From NCBI GenBank assembly GCA_951804945.1, contig OX638162.1:42408001-42472000 (forward strand): 64,000 nucleotides of DNA. Direction: 5' to 3'. The notes beneath the pieces were generated by a model, which worked only from the letters and a program-made list of their open reading frames with translations, was not told the origin of the DNA and did no database searches. This DNA is from Podarcis cretensis. Lineage: Eukaryota. This document shows, piece after piece, positions 24,272-35,062 of this stretch; within the stretch, counting starts at the first letter, position 1, and each line of letters opens with the position of its first letter. The translations under genes and the position numbers were made by a program.

Positions 24272-26981
24272 TACTACTTCCAGATGTTGCTGAACTACAG
24301 CTCCCATCCATGCCAACAAGCAAGGCCAGAGGTGATGGGAGTTGTAGTTCAGTGACATCCAAAGGGCCAAAGGTCCCCCAAAATCTGATTGACAGGAAGC
24401 TCTCAGGATGATTTGCTATTGGTTGGTGATGCTTTCTGAGTCCCAATTTTGATTTGATTGTGTGTTTTTAACAGTAGCAACAACAAAATATTCTCCTCTC
24501 CCTAAATTAGGCTGCTGAGAAGAATAACTTTTTTGTGGGGTGCATAAAACCAGGAGTGGATTTGTGGGTGGCCGTTCTGTGAAATCCTGCCTTGAGTGAG
24601 CAGTCCTGAACCAGTGGGAGGGTGAATGACTCAGCAAGTCATGCACTCAACCTGGCTGTGTTGCTATGGTAACCCAATGCACCTGGCAGCCTTATCTCAA
24701 GAGCATCCAGACATGGAAAATGTGCTCCTCAAAACACGAGCCCAAGCACTGTGTAATTTAGCCCATTATTCACATTACACCAACAGAACATATTGCCTTG
24801 TCCTCCATGATTTTGTCTAATCCTCTTTCAAACTATCCATGTTTGGGGCCACCACTGCCTCCTGTGGCAGCGAGTTCCATAGTTTAACTGTGTGGAGAAA
24901 TGCTTCCTTTATCTGCCCAGAATCTTCTCCCAAAGCCTTATGGTTTGAGGTGGGGAGCAAGTTACTTAAAAAAAGAAGATCCTGGGGGTCCAAAATGCAA
25001 CCAGCCTTGTTCTGGAACAGAAGTGAAAAACTAATTTTGTTTTTAAACCCTCCTCTTATCACAGATGAGGACCAGGCTGGCCAACATGCTGACACTCTAT
25101 GCAGGCCCCTTTGCCAAAGACTTCTGCCTGAAGTCTCTGAAGAGAACCTTCAAGAAATACGGCCATGTTCTGTCAATAAGGGCCATCACAGAAACATTTG
25201 AGGTAAATAAACAAAAGGAATTCTGCTAGGATGAGGGAGGCAGCACATGTATTCCTTCTAGTTACACCTCTTGTTGTTTTTTTACTTTTATGATTTTATT
25301 TTCAAAGACCTTGTACTGAATTCATATTATTCTTTATTCTCAATGTTTGCCCATTTCTCATTTGCATTTTCTGTTTTATAAAATATTTTTTTAAAAAAGA
25401 AGCACCTGTGTTGGGGGCTCTTGTAGTGGAAAAATGGGATACAGGTTTTCTAAACACAGTTGTCCGCTGCTGGCTTCATATCATGGTTTGCAAATGTGGC
25501 TGAAACCACAGTTGGGACTCACAGGAAACTATGGTTTAATGAGCCAGGCACGTGAGGGGGTAGGCAGCCACATGGCTTGTTCTGAGGTTGGTAAAACCAT
25601 GGTTTATTGACCTATGACCTGGGCTGATCTGTTGCAATATTCTCTTTTTCTAAAGCCCCACGTCTGTATCCAGTATGAAGTGCTTGAGGCTGCCCAGCTT
25701 GCCCTGGAGAGTCTCAATGGCGCAGAAGTAGCAGGATCCTCAATCAAGGTAAGCTCGTATCTTGCCCCTGCATTCATGGCAGTGTTGGGCGGAGAGCAGC
25801 GGTGGGGAGACACAGCAACATCTTGTCTTCCCCCATCGTAAGTCTCCGAACTCTCCAGTACTTTGCTTCGGATATAAATTGGCTCCCATCATCATCATCA
25901 AACCTTTTCTTGGCATCACATAAAGGTAAAGGTAAAGGTACCCCTGCCCGTACGGGCCAGTCTTGACAGACTCTGGGGTTGTGCGCCCATCTCACTTAAG
26001 AGGCCAGGGGCCAGCGCTGTCCGGAGACACTTCCGGGTCACGTGGCCAGCGTGACATCGCTGCTCTGGCGAGCCAGAGCCGCACACGGAAACGCCGTTTA
26101 CCTTCCCGCTGGTAAGCGGTCCCTATTTATCTACTTGCACCCGGAGGTGCTTTCGAACTGCTAGGTTGGCAGGCGCTGGGACCGAGCAGCGGGAGCGCAC
26201 CCCGCCGCAGGGATTCGAACCGCCGACCTTTCGATCGGCAAGCCCTAGGCGCTGAGGCTTTAACCCACAGCGCCACCTGCGTCCCTGGCATCACATACAA
26301 ACATCCAAAACAAATCAATACAGAATTACCACTTCCCCAGTGGCACAAAACATTTGCTAAAAGAAAGGAGGCAGAGCAGTCTATTGTCACATCTCTAGGT
26401 CTCCAGGGAGATCAGACGTCTGCAGTGTATTTCAATGACAAAAAACCATGTTAAGCAAAACATTTCCATAGTAGACCTGCATGAAGCCACTCTCCTGCGG
26501 CGCGTACAAATTGCCTCCAGGTGATCAGGCTGCGAAAGAAGGTGTGTGTCGGGGGGGGGGGAATCCACCCTCTGCTCTGACCTGCATCTTCCAAATTCCT
26601 CTAAAGCATTTCATGCCCATTGGAAGCCCACCAGCCCCTTAAGTAATGCCCTCATTCACACAGGATAGAAGGCCTCTGGACTGCAGGGTGCCAGGTGATG
26701 GTCTGTTTTTCCTCTGGTGCCTTTCAGCTTCAGAGACCCGTCACTGAGGAAACACTCGATTCTGAGGTGCTGGTGAAGGAGCTGGAAAGAGATGCAGACA
26801 ATGAAGGCGTCCTTTATCTGGCAGGATTGGGGAAAGCCCAGAGCGAGGCAGGCTTGTGGGAGAAGCTGGGTTATTTGAAAGACCTAAATGCAGTTTTCCT
26901 GCCAAGGGATCCCAGAACCAGAAAACAGAGGAATTACTGCTTTCTCAGTAAGTACGGCACCTGAGGAACTGGATTCTAGGC

Positions 26982-27025
<44 letters not shown>

Positions 27026-30000
27026 TTTTATTATTTATATGCTATCTATTCCTGCACTTTCTTGGATGAGGGGAGACAGGCTTTTGAGCAAACAAACACC
27101 ATCCTGGGAATCTCCCCCAGTTAATCTTTGTTATTTGTCCTGGCTGAGGAAATAGCACTCAATTGATTTTTTTGTGTGTGTTTTAGAATTCCACACACCA
27201 GAAAGCGCCACCCATGCTCTCAAAGCCATAAGGGAACGGACAGCCAGAGGCAGCAAAATGCAGAGCAGGAGGGCTCTCACACCCGCACATCTCCACAAAT
27301 GGTTTCGTCACGTGAATCAAAATGGCGGGAAGCTCCTTGCTCCACAGCCACCCCTTGAAGCTCACTTCCTGGAAAAGGAGCGGCCCTTTGCTTTGGTGAG
27401 CTTTTTGCCTTGCTCTCAACGTGTCGCAGAGCTTGGGACAAAGGTTACCTCTTTGGTACCTTCCTGAGCTTGCAGCTTTGATAACGGACTCTGCCAGTGG
27501 AGTGTTCTTGATGACTGGTCTAGAAACTTCATTTGGTGTTGGAGGATATAATCCGAACCATCTGCGCCAGCTTCCTGTTATTTTGCGTTCATGCGTTACT
27601 CATAACCTTGAAACAATGTGTACTAGAGGTGGCAAACTCACGGTTGGTATGCCAACCCCATCCACTGACATCTTCCTGCACTGGGGTGGGAGGAGAGGAC
27701 AGAGCAGGGCTTGATGGGAAGCAGCGGTGACAAACCTGTGGCCCACAAGCCTATCAGGCCTCAAGCCTACAAACCACACCCTCCTTTCCATCACCTGACA
27801 TCGTAGGATGGTCAGCTGTCCAACAGACAGCCCTGCAGGGCTGCTTGTTCATTTCAGCACCTCATTCAGTGCAGAATTATATTTGGAAAGGCAGAGTTGG
27901 GAGAGGAATCTAAAGGAGAATGTCTTCCTTTTTGGCCAGGACTTGAAATCAAGACATGACTGCAAAGGAAGAATCGGGAGTGAACTTGAATCAGCTGAGA
28001 TCAAAGTTGTGTGTGTGTGTGTGTGTGTGTGATTTTTGTATGCACAAATGTCCACTGTTGGAGGCAATGTACAGTTGAATACCAGTGACTGTGAATTGCA
28101 AGTGGGGAGAAGGGTGTTGTGCTCAAGTTGCGCTTGCAAGCTTCCTTTGGGCTTCTGGTTCGACACTGGGAGATCAGAGTGCTGCACTAGCTGTCCCGAT
28201 CCTGTAGGGAGCTTCTTAATGTTCTGCCCATATGTGTGGGTGAAGGTGCAAGAGTTGGGGCACAGGGGGACTGTGCCAATTTTGGCAACACCCACTTTTG
28301 TTTGCAGTCCTCAGAGAGATGACCAACATCATTTGTGGTCCTTGGGCCAAAAAAGAGAAACAAAAAAGCCATCCCTAACTTAAATGCCCACAAAGCACTT
28401 AAATAATCAGTTTGTCATGGGTTCTTCTTTAGTTGCAAATTTAAAGTACTGGGGACTCTACTACCAATGCTCTTTTGCCCACCGTGCAATAACTTTCTGT
28501 TGCCCTTTCCAGTGTCATTGTGGTTATTGGGTTTTTGCTTTAAGGACAGCCTTTGTGTTATTTCTACACAGGAAGAAGATTTAAAGAAAGCCATGAAGAC
28601 ATTAGACTGTAGAATCAAACAGCTGCATCGGTGCTTGCCGAACCACACGCTCTGTGTTGTTTTGTTACCAGGCACAAACAGGTAAAAAACTTTGCAATTG
28701 CGTTGTGGGGTTTTTTTTCTGCTTTCACAGAATTCTAATGTTGAAAAGCAAGCTCATTATCTAGAGCACTGTCCTTCAACCTTGGGTCCCGCAGATGTTC
28801 TTGAACTTCAAGTCCCATCATCCCCGACCATTGGCTAAGTGCCTGAGGATAATGGGTTTTGAAGTCTTAACAACATCTGGGGACCTAAAGTTGAAGAACA
28901 CGGGTATAGAACAGGTGTTCCCAAGCTGTACTCCACGGACCACCAGTGATCTTCATGCTTCATTCAGGCGGTCCACAGGATTGTCTGCAGTAAGTATTTG
29001 TAGCAATTTTCAATTGCCTTTTTATGTTTTTCTTCTGTGGAATGCAAATTGCAGCACAATGAAATACAATGTAAGAAAATAAAAGAAGCAAAAAAAGGCA
29101 ATTAAAAATCATACAGCATCTAGCACGTTGCAGTTGCTACAATAGGCATGAAAATCATTAAGTGGTCCTCGAAAGACCATTGCAGGGCGTTGGACTAGAT
29201 GACCTTTGATATTCCTTCAAACCCTACCATTCTGTAGGCCTTGACAAGGTGGGGGGGGGGGTTGAATCCCCCTGAAGAATAAACCAGGACATGAAAAGGG
29301 GTGCGAATGGGACAGGCTATGGTGAATAAAAGCAGAAATTTATTTATTTGAAAAAAAAATTATTAAGAAAAACAGGAATTTTTAGTCTGTGCCATTTAGA
29401 TAAAATGTACTAAATCATTGGGTTGGAAAAGCAAACCCTCATCATATTCAAACCAAATATCTCCCCGCCCCTCGCACAAATTTCTTATCTCCACTTCCTC
29501 TCCCCAGCCTGGATGGGTGACCTGCTTTCATGATAAAAAAATTCCTTCCAGTAGCACCTTAGAGACCAACTAAGTTTGTTATTGGTATGAGCTTTTGTGT
29601 GCATGCACACTTCTTCAGATTTCATGAATGAGCCAGTAGCCATAGAGGACAGTCAAAAATTTGCACAGAGCACTAAGGTTCCAGTCCACAGGGCCTTAGG
29701 GGTGGCCTGAATGAATGTGGGAAGGGAAATTCCTCAGTTAGCTTGATGGGAACAAGAAGCCCTTAAAACTGACCGCAGTCCTACCGTCTCAAGCTGGTTG
29801 GAGTCTTCCGGTCCCGCTCTCAAAATATCAGTTGCTGCTTTATGGCTTTTCAGTTATCTCCTCCATGCAAGTGTTACATGGCTTTGGGCTCCTGTTATTA
29901 TTTTTCAGGGGCTTAAAAGAAAGGCAGCCGAGCACCCTAGAGGCTAGACCGGCTTGGCCGTTCTTCAGTTCACTGGGGTGTGGGGAGGAGGGGGGTTTCT

Positions 30001-31701
30001 TGCTGCTGCTACAGTTTTCTCGCTTGTTTGCAATAATTCTTTTAATGTGCTATATCAGTAGCTATAGATCTTTCCCCCAGCCCCCACCTCACGCAGCTCT
30101 CTTTCCTGAGCTCCGCATGCAACACCACATTAGCTTAATCAGCCCCAGGGGAGGTCTGAATGCAGGGATGAGCCCTTGCAGGCCTTTTAAAATTCACTCT
30201 GCCTCCATCCTTTGATCCTAAACCCTCGCTGCTGATTATTTGAAGCCGGGGGGGGGGGGGGGGAGGGAAGTGTTAGATGCTTCCCAAGTAAGTCATTTTT
30301 TTGCTCCTGATAAGCCTGGGGTCACACACAGGAATTGATTCATGCCTGTATTTTCCTGCTCTTTGTTAACTATTGAAAGCTTGCCAGTGTACCGTATTCC
30401 TTTTTCTTTTTCTTTTTTGCACCACAGTACATAGCGCAAGTGGATGCGGGTGGCGCTGTGGGTTAAACCACAGAGCCTAGGGCCTGCCGATCAGAAGGTC
30501 TACATTGTTTTATTTTTACTATATTCCTAAGATCCACCAACCAGAGGAGCATAAGAATGCTGCACCAAGAAATTGGTTTTAATGCCCAAGCTGAACCAAG
30601 TGCAATAGTCCTTCCACACAAAACTTTCCTCCTGGTCACCCCTTCCAAGATTTCTCACCAAGCTCCAACAATTTGACATAAAGGTGTGAAAAGCTGCCTA
30701 CATGCTTCTGGGGATGTTATAGGCAGGGCATGCTTAAACAGGGATCCAGAGAATCTGCCCTGAGGGTCAGGATGGCGTAGTGGTTATAGTGTTGGACTAA
30801 GACCTGGGAGAGAGACACGGGTGGCACTGTGGGTTAAACCACTGAGCCTCTTGGGCTTGCAGATCAGAAGGTCGGTGGTTCGAATCCCCGTGACAGAGTG
30901 AACTCCCGTTGCTCTATCCCTGCTCCTGCCAACCTAGCAGTTCGAAAGCAAACAAAGTGTAAGTAGGTAAATAGGGACCGCTCCGGCGGGAAGGTAAACG
31001 GTGTTTCCGTGCGCTGCTCTGGTTCGCCAGAAGCGGCTTAGTCATGCTGGCCGCATGACCCGGAAGCTGTACGCCGGCTCCCTCAGCCAATAAAGTGAGA
31101 TGAGCACCGCAACCCCAGAGTCGGTCACGACTGGACCTAATGGTCAGGGATCCCTTTACCTTTTAAGACCTGGGAGACCAGGGTTCAAATCCCCGCTCAA
31201 CCATGAAGCCGACTACGTGGCCATAGAATTGTAGAGTTGGAAGGGACCACAATGGTCATCTAGTCCAAACCGTCTGCAATGCAGGAATCTTCTACCCAAC
31301 ATGGGGCTCAAACCCAGGACCCTGAGATTAAGAGTCTCGTGTTCCACTGACTAAGCAACTAAGGCCCGGTCGCTTTTCTCTCAGCCAAATCTTAACTCGC
31401 AAGGTTTATGATAGGATAAAACGAGGGATCACATGCGCCAGCTTGAGCTCCTTGGAGGGAAGGCGGAATATAATTATAATAATAAATTAATGACTAAATA
31501 AAGACCTTCTGCCCACAAAGGGCATCTTGTTCAGCTTTCCGTTTGCCTGCAAAAAGCAGAGTTTACACAGCTCTCCGCCGTTCAGCACTGTGTCCCTGGA
31601 AGGAAAGTAACGCTGGTTCCTGTCGCTTGCTTTGCAGAGGCTCCGAATCGTTCCAGGGCTTCGGCCTGCTGGGAATCAAAGGAGAAAAGTCCTCCTCCTG
31701 A
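3272..31701 (+). CDS. REXO5: REXO5 RNA exonuclease 5 (DEDDh exonuclease plus RRM-like regions); full coding span, 19 coding exons, 2292 nt / 763 aa
   Basis: Manually spliced exons all have AG/GT boundaries and compatible phases. ExoI GLDCEM, Exo[10 protein letters not shown] and ExoIII HDPTED motifs are intact. Position between ERI2 and DCUN1D3 fits known synteny. Confidence 0.93.
4359..4480 (+). CDS. REXO5: REXO5 coding exon 2
   Basis: ttttcag|[41 protein letters not shown]|gtagtc. Confidence 0.9.
5208..6156 (-). mobile_element. CR1 LINE, 5'-truncated, young
   Basis: RT C-terminus [13 protein letters not shown]...[10 protein letters not shown]...[15 protein letters not shown]; one in-frame stop at 5679; (ATTCTATG)n-type tail. 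Confidence 0.95.
6855..7172 (+). mobile_element. L2 LINE 3' end; relatives at about 3655-3790, 8316-8450 (minus), 24068-24270, 48035-48275, 53800-54030
   Basis: [42 protein letters not shown]...[10 protein letters not shown], then 3'UTR and simple-repeat tail. Confidence 0.85.
7632..7758 (+). CDS. REXO5: REXO5 coding exon 3
   Basis: tgcag|[42 protein letters not shown]|gtaagt. Confidence 0.92.
9735..10225 (+). mobile_element. CR1 3' fragment interrupted by MITE 9817-9995; further short CR1 ends at about 17665-17848 and 55828-55980 (minus)
   Basis: [25 protein letters not shown]...FKQRLDGHL followed by a CR1-type 3' end. Confidence 0.85.
9817..9995 (+). mobile_element. hAT-type MITE with telomere-hexamer minisatellite (copy 1)
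   Basis: 17-bp perfect TIR CAGTGGCGTAGCGTGGG; perfect 8-bp TSD CTTCAAGT. Confidence 0.9.
10498..10936 (+). mobile_element. hAT (Charlie-like) non-autonomous element, GC-rich interior
   Basis: CATGGGTAGGCAAACT...AGTTTGTGACCCCTG; 8-bp TSD CCCTAAGA. Confidence 0.88.
11770..11857 (+). CDS. REXO5: REXO5 coding exon 4
   Basis: caacag|[29 protein letters not shown]|gtattt. Confidence 0.88.
11878..12119 (-). mobile_element. pogo/Tigger-like MITE
   Basis: TA|CAGTGGTACCTC...GAGGTACCACTG; same family as 16312 and 40966. Confidence 0.88.
12270..13062 (-). mobile_element. L1/Tx1-clade LINE 3' fragment
   Basis: AT-rich; ORF2 C-terminal zinc knuckle [18 protein letters not shown]; frameshifted. Confidence 0.85.
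13230..13365 (-). mobile_element. tRNA-Lys(CTT)-derived SINE with CR1-like tail; copies also at about 18698-18830, 31223-31355 (minus) and 63075-63185 (plus)
   Basis: Reverse complement gagactcttaatctcagggtc matches the tRNA-Lys anticodon arm, fused to a CR1-type 3' end (ccttccaactctacgat). Confidence 0.8.
14082..14189 (+). CDS. REXO5: REXO5 coding exon 5
   Basis: tttcag|[35 protein letters not shown]|gtaagc. Confidence 0.9.
14688..15045 (-). mobile_element. Sauria SINE, full length
   Basis: GGACGCGGGTGGCGCTGTGGGTTAAACC head, B-box GGTTCGAATCC, (ACCTTT)n tail. Confidence 0.92.
15331..15419 (+). CDS. REXO5: REXO5 coding exon 6 (ExoI motif)
   Basis: ctctag|[29 protein letters not shown]|gtacgt. 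Confidence 0.94.
15723..15838 (+). CDS. REXO5: REXO5 coding exon 7
   Basis: ccccag|[38 protein letters not shown]|gtaccc. Confidence 0.94.
16312..16552 (+). mobile_element. pogo/Tigger-like MITE
   Basis: TA TSD on both sides; TIR CAGTGGTACCT. Confidence 0.9.
16873..17011 (+). CDS. REXO5: REXO5 coding exon 8 (ExoII motif)
   Basis: ttgaag|[46 protein letters not shown]|gtgagt. Confidence 0.94.
18566..18660 (+). CDS. REXO5: REXO5 coding exon 9
   Basis: ttccag|[31 protein letters not shown]|gtaaag. Confidence 0.94.
19050..19452. mobile_element. Rearranged L2 pieces with an embedded hairpin MITE
   Basis: Plus-strand L2 piece 19050-19195; MITE about 19198-19328; minus-strand L2 piece [31 protein letters not shown] at 19329-19452. 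Confidence 0.8.
19791..19893 (+). CDS. REXO5: REXO5 coding exon 10 (ExoIII motif)
   Basis: ttgcag|[34 protein letters not shown]|gtatgt. Confidence 0.94.
19925..19985. repeat. (CCTT)n microsatellite
   Basis: Direct reading. Confidence 0.95.
22058..22167 (+). CDS. REXO5: REXO5 coding exon 11
   Basis: caccag|[36 protein letters not shown]|gtaaat. Confidence 0.85.
22866..22921. repeat. (GTCT)n/(GTTT)n microsatellite
   Basis: Direct reading. Confidence 0.9.
22975..23083 (+). CDS. REXO5: REXO5 coding exon 12
   Basis: ttatag|[36 protein letters not shown]|gtgagt. Confidence 0.88.
23185..23365 (+). mobile_element. Sauria SINE, 5'-truncated
   Basis: gcgggaaggtaaac...ggggtcctttacctttt. Confidence 0.85.
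23874..23984 (+). CDS. REXO5: REXO5 coding exon 13
   Basis: gtttag|[37 protein letters not shown]|gtaaac. Confidence 0.88.
24220..24270. repeat. (TTA)n microsatellite (L2 tail); others at 8316-8352 and 26983-27022
   Basis: Direct reading. Confidence 0.95.
25065..25202 (+). CDS. REXO5: REXO5 coding exon 14 (RRM1-like)
   Basis: tcacag|[46 protein letters not shown]|gtaaat. Confidence 0.92.
25656..25748 (+). CDS. REXO5: REXO5 coding exon 15
   Basis: ctaaag|[31 protein letters not shown]|gtaagc. Confidence 0.92.
25923..26285 (-). mobile_element. Sauria SINE, full length
   Basis: (ACCTTT)3 tail; 12-bp TSD TGGCATCACATA. Confidence 0.92.
26728..26947 (+). CDS. REXO5: REXO5 coding exon 16 (RRM2-like)
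   Basis: tttcag|[33 protein letters not shown]...KQRNYCFL|gtaagt. Confidence 0.92.
27187..27395 (+). CDS. REXO5: REXO5 coding exon 17
   Basis: ttttag|[14 protein letters not shown]...[12 protein letters not shown]...ERPFAL|gtgagc. Confidence 0.9.
28572..28681 (+). CDS. REXO5: REXO5 coding exon 18
   Basis: acacag|[36 protein letters not shown]|gtaaaa. Confidence 0.92.
29534..29620 (-). mobile_element. Penelope-like element terminal remnant
   Basis: Minus strand ctgaagaagtgtgcatgcacacaaaagctcatacc...ttggtctctaaggtgctactgg; flanked by TTCATGA on both sides. Confidence 0.65.
30812..31163 (+). mobile_element. Sauria SINE inserted in a MIR-like SINE
   Basis: 14-bp TSD TAAGACCTGGGAGA. Confidence 0.92.
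31638..31701 (+). CDS. REXO5: REXO5 last coding exon
   Basis: ttgcag|[20 protein letters not shown] (TGA at 31699-31701); phase fits the previous exon. Confidence 0.88.
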
Positions 31702-32169
31702 GGTTCCCGTTCGCCTTCACAGCTTTTAACGCCCTGGTTTTGCGAAAAGCTCTAGTGATTTCATTTAGGCCCTGCATCCCAAACACCAGCAAGTCCCCCC
31801 CTCCCAATTCCTTCAATGTTTTAAATATTAAAATCAGTCAAGTCAAATATGAAAGAAGCTGATCCAGTTATTAATTCAGTAAGCTGGGTTCCCCCTCCAC
31901 TCCACCTTCACTTAACCTCTGCTAACTGCTAACCAAATGTTTAGGTGGGGGGAAAGAGCATGGAAGAAGCTAACTGGGTCTGGGTTTGGTGGAGCTGAGT
32001 GAAAATGGATCCACAAAATTCTCTCATCTTGTTTTCGGGTGGTATGGGTTGGTGTTTCACATAATATTCTCCAGGGCAAGAGAATTCTCCAGTACTTTGG
32101 GAAGAGGGTCAGAAATGAGACTTTCAAAGAAAACTTCCATTCTGAGAAATTTCCACTCTGTTAATACTG

Positions 32170-32175
32170 AATAAA
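32170..32175 (+). terminator. Candidate REXO5 polyadenylation signal
   Basis: First canonical AATAAA I see downstream of the stop codon, about 470 nt away. Confidence 0.55.
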
Positions 32176-32194
32176 GCTATGTTAAGAGCCAACA

Positions 32195-32523
32195 CATGGG
32201 TGGCCTAGGGCTTGCTGATTGGAAGGGCCGCAATAGGGTGAGCTCCCGTTGCTCAGTCCCAGCTCCTGCCAACCTAGCAGTTCAAAAGCACGTCAAAGTG
32301 CAAGTAGATAAATAGGTACTGCTCTGGCGGGAAGGTAAACAGCGTTTCTATGCACTGCTCTGGTTTCGCCAGAAGCGGCTTAGTCATGCTGGCCACATGG
32401 CCCGGAAAAACTGTCTGCGGACAAACTTCAGCTCCCTCGACCAGTAAAGCGAGATGAGCACCACAACCCCAGAGTCATTTGCGACTGGACTTAACTTTCA
32501 GGGGTCCTTTACCTTTACTTTTT
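32195..32523 (+). mobile_element. Sauria SINE with internal deletions
   Basis: TSD TTAAGAGCCAACA; ACCTTT tail. Confidence 0.88.
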
Positions 32524-34224
32524 TTAAGAGCCAACATTATCTAATGGTTGGATCCTAATAGTTGTCACCGAAATTCACCACCCGGATTTTCAGGAGGCAA
32601 ATTTTGAGAGGGAAGGAAGAGTTTGCCAAATATATTCTCCTTGTGTGTAAAATTCGCCCAACAAGTTAAGGGTTTGCTCAAATGAGAAAATTCTCAGGAC
32701 ATTCTTCTCTAATAAATATTGGCCGTTGTGTGTGAGAGAGAGAAATTTAACAAGAAATAATGTTAACTGTTGGAAGTTTTAAACAGGCACACCATCATGT
32801 ATGTAACAAAATGCCACCCACCCACCCCCGGGGCCAAAAGGTGCATAGACGAGGGCTACCCACCAGTCTCTGCCTCTTAGGTCCCATAATTAAGCTTTTC
32901 ATAAACGTTTGTAGCATTTTCAGCACACACACACATACCATCCAGCCTGCAGGAAGTAGCACATTTTAGAGCAAAACACTTAACTTTGCCCATGGGAAAA
33001 TGGAATCTGTGATTCACACATTTTGGTCTTTTTCCATCTTCATAAAAGGAAAGGTTTCAGCATGAGTGGGGTGGAGGAACACCGGGGGGCGGGGGAAGAG
33101 AGAGAAAGAGAAATTCTTGCCGAGGCAGGAATGTGTATAGACTGAATTATTATTATTCATTTATTCCAAATATATTTTGGAAGCCCACATGACCATAGCT
33201 CTGGTAGGCTTGCAGCCCATTTGGTTCTAAAAGCAACTTGAGCAAAGGCAGCAGCCCCTGTGAGCATGCATAGATTGCCCTGTGCCCCCCCAAAAGAGAA
33301 AAAAATAATGGGATTTAAGAGCAAAGGGCCTCTTAGGGAAATCAACTAATCTCTGAATACATGTTTTGGGTAGAAAAGAACTCTTCGGATTAGATTTGTT
33401 TTCAGGAATAAGAAATCATTGATGATAATACACCCAATGCCAGCTCCAAGCTGGGAAGAACTGTGGGCTGTCGACATTTCCAGGCAGGGCTAAGAGCATC
33501 CCCTGCCTGAAACCTCTTGAGAGCTGCTGCCAGTCAGTGTAGACAATATTGAGCTAGATGCAGCAAGGATCACTTCCTGTGTTCCTGGCGTTGGGTGCGG
33601 GGCCAGAAATAGACTTCCTCCAGAGGAAGCAGCCACTACTTCCCCTTTGCCTACATGCTTGCCCTCCCTCTGGGCTCAATCCTCACAACTGCCCAGAGGG
33701 AGAGGCCAAGGCAGGTTGGAGAAGCTGTTCCATCTCCTCACTGCTTCCACACTTGGAATAGGGAACTGAGCGGACAGTGACAAAGAGCAGGAACAGCAGC
33801 AGGGTCCGTACACTTTGTAGGTTAGCAGCAGGCCCCCAGGCGTGCTCAGCAAATGCACCACAAAACCAGCCATGGATGCCAACTGCGATCTGCCCAGATA
33901 AGACTCTTGATGCTGGTACAACTGGGTGTCTTGTCGTCTTTAGGTCTGTATTGCTTTTAAAGCTCTCCTTTTTATGTTCCTGATGTTTTGCAAGAGGGCG
34001 GTACATAAATACACTTTTATGAATAGATAGCTAGAACAGCAGCATGGGAGTTGGGGGAAAACAGCAGTCCTCCAGCTACTGTTAAGACTGCATTATCCTT
34101 GGGTATGCTGGCTGGCCAGGACCCCACCTCATCTGCAGACCCAGAGGCTGCGTATCCTCTGAACTGTGCCTGCATCAAAACTGGTGCAGCCAGAGAAGTA
34201 GAGAGGTTCGATGTGCAGAAAGCA

Positions 34225-34886
34225 TAGAATCATAGAATCATAGAGTTGGAAGATACCACAAGGGCCATCGAGTCCAACCCCCTGCCAAGCAGGAAACACC
34301 ATCAGAGCACTCCTGACATATGGTTGTCAAGCCTCTGCTTAAAGACCTCCAAAGAAGGAGACCACCACACTCCTTGGCAGCAAATTCCACTGTCGAACAG
34401 CTCTTACTGTTAGGAAGTTCTTCCTAATGTTTAGGTGGAATCTTCTTTCTTGTAGTTTGGATCCATTGCTCCATGTCCGCTTCTCTGGAGTAGCAGAAAA
34501 CAACCTTTCTCCCTACTCTATGTGACATCCTTTTATATATTTGAACATGGCTATCATATCACCCCTTAACCTCCTCTTCTCCAGGCTAAACATGCCCAGC
34601 TCCCTTAGCCGTTCCTCATAAGGCATCGTTTCCAGGCCTTTGACCATTTTGGTTGCCCTCCTCTGGACACGTTCCAGTTTGTCAGTGTCCTTCTTGAACT
34701 GTGGTGCCCAGAACTGGACACAGTACTCCAGGTGAGGTCTGACCAGAGCAGAATACAGTGGCACTATTACTTCCATTGATCTAGATGCTATACTCCTATT
34801 GATGCAGCCCAGAATTGCATTGGCTTTTTTAGCTGCCGCGTCACACTGTTTGCTCATGTCAAGTTTGTGGTCAACCAAGACTCCTA
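34225..34886 (-). mobile_element. CR1 LINE 3' fragment, same subfamily as 5208-6156
   Basis: Near-identical sequence; [28 protein letters not shown]...; octamer tail. Confidence 0.95.
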
Positions 34887-35062
34887 GAAAGTCAGTCTGC
34901 TGTAGGGCTCAGCATCAGTCTGGTTTTGAACACCTGGCTTCAAAACCTACACAGCCATGAAGATCAATGGGCCAAGCGCTACCTCACAGGGTTGTGAGAA
35001 TAAAAGGAGGGTAGGGGGAAATCATGCTTCAAGCTCCCATGTGGGGGGGGGGACAGGGAATG

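Noticed and set aside
24065-24446. Poly-Ile, poly-Leu and poly-Asn ORFs
   Set aside because: These are translations of a (TTA)n L2 tail.
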